DNA of 64,000 nt, taken from NCBI GenBank assembly GCA_963664435.2, contig CAXXKM010000001.1:224001-288000 (forward strand). Direction: 5' to 3'. This DNA is from Longimicrobiales bacterium. GTDB lineage: Bacteria > Gemmatimonadota > Gemmatimonadetes > Longimicrobiales > Gaopeijiaceae. Below the pieces are notes generated by a model. It worked only from the letters and a program-made list of their open reading frames with translations, did no database searches and was not told the DNA's origin. Position 1 is the stretch's first letter. Every line of letters starts with the position of its first letter. Both the position numbers and the translations under genes were made by a program. Shown in pieces: positions 63,108 to 64,000 of the stretch.

Positions 63108-64000
63108 GTTACCCGATGTTCGAAACCACATCCACGGCGACCGGCGCCCGCGCGGCTCCGATGCTCGCCCTTCTCGCCACCCTCGCCCTCCTGTGGACCG
63201 CCCCCCTGGCCGCCCAGCAGGGACAGATCACCGGGCTCGTCACCAACGCCGCCACCGGCCAGCCCATCTCGTCGGCACAGGTGTTCATCCCCGAGTTGAG
63301 CATGGGAGCGCTTTCGGCCTCCAACGGCCGTTTTGTCATGCTGGGCGTCAACGCCGGCACCCACACGGTCCGCGTCGAGCGCATCGGCTTTGCCGCCGCG
63401 ACCATGGAGGTCACCGTCGCGGTGGACCAGACGGCCGAGGCGAACTTCGAGCTCCAGGAAGTGGCGTTGAACCTCGACGAGATCGTGGTGACCGGGACCG
63501 GTGAGCACGCGGAGGGAGCCATGAGGCTCGGACGCGGGATGGGGGGCGCGGGCGCGGTGCTGGCGGTCGTGCTGGCCGCAGGTGCCACGCCCCCGCAGGA
63601 GGGGTTGCTTGATGCCGCGCGCCGCGGCGATACGGAAGAGGTGCGGGCGCTGCTCGACGACGGGGCCGATCCCAACCACGCGCAGGGAGACGGGCTGACG
63701 GCGCTGCACCTGGCCGCCCGCGAGGGCCATCTCGAAGTCGTGGACATCCTGATCGGCGCGGGGGCCGTGACCGGGGCGACAACGCGCATAGGCGACTACA
63801 CGCCCTTGCACCTGGCCGGCGGCGCGGGGCACACGGACGTGGTGAGCGTGCTTCTGGGCGCGGGCGCCGACGCGGGGGCCGTGACCACCTCCAGCGGCGT
63901 CACCCCCCTCCACCTGGCGGCGGAGGCGCGCGGCGGCGAGGGCGCGGTGCGCCTGCTGCTCGAACACGGCGCGCCGGTGGACCCGCGCGAGAAATCGGCC
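63104..64000 (+). CDS. Carboxypeptidase-regulatory-like (TonB-receptor N-terminal) domain fused in frame to an ankyrin-repeat protein; runs off the right edge
   Basis: Absent from the ORF track. ATG 63104 follows AGGAGG; signal peptide, GQITGLVTNAATGQPI...RIGF...LDEIVVTGT, then a second SD plus ATG at 63521 in frame, then DGLTALHLAA, YTPLHLA, GVTPLHLAA. Confidence 0.8.
   Translation, partial: MSYPMFETTSTATGARAAPMLALLATLALLWTAPLAAQQGQITGLVTNAATGQPISSAQVFIPELSMGALSASNGRFVMLGVNAGTHTVRVERIGFAAATMEVTVAVDQTAEANFELQEVALNLDEIVVTGTGEHAEGAMRLGRGMGGAGAVLAVVLAAGATPPQEGLLDAARRGDTEEVRALLDDGADPNHAQGDGLTALHLAAREGHLEVVDILIGAGAVTGATTRIGDYTPLHLAGGAGHTDVVSVLLGAGADAGAVTTSSGVTPLHLAAEARGGEGAVRLLLEHGAPVDPREKSA

Overview
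High-GC (about 70% by eye) bacterial chromosomal segment, densely coding and mostly housekeeping or envelope genes. Gene content and order suggest Gemmatimonadota, which is an inference. From left to right: a truncated secreted/outer-membrane gene; a cytochrome c maturation operon (ccmE-F-x-A-B-C-D with a CxxxY-type CcmE and no ccmG/H); glmM-glmS-dtd-maf-glpK; a cystathionine lyase, M48 protease, purD, YbjQ, mutM and an M16 peptidase pair; menG/ubiE; an ECF sigma/anti-sigma envelope-stress operon; nfu-mrp; a GT2-YfhO-flippase-like cluster; pruA-proC; a penicillin acylase and a second trans-sulfuration enzyme; a STAS/HATPase pair with sugar kinases; lepA, ltaE and mmuM; pfkA; a membrane MutS-like ATPase and an S9 peptidase; a DUF1499-P450 fusion and kynureninase; a secreted glycoside hydrolase; a MazF-type toxin-antitoxin module; and a DUF1592 cytochrome followed by a TonB-receptor-N-terminus/ankyrin fusion. 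The strongest signals missed by the ORF track are: (1) an ArsC/Spx-like selenoprotein (in-frame UGA in a UxxC motif plus a SECIS-like hairpin) translationally coupled to mmuM; (2) three matching ECF-type promoters, GAAAC-N16/17-CGTACG, that outline a local regulon; (3) three genes that appear to need CTG start codons; (4) two unusual in-frame fusions. I found no rRNA, tRNA, CRISPR array or transposase. All family calls come from motif recognition, not database searches.
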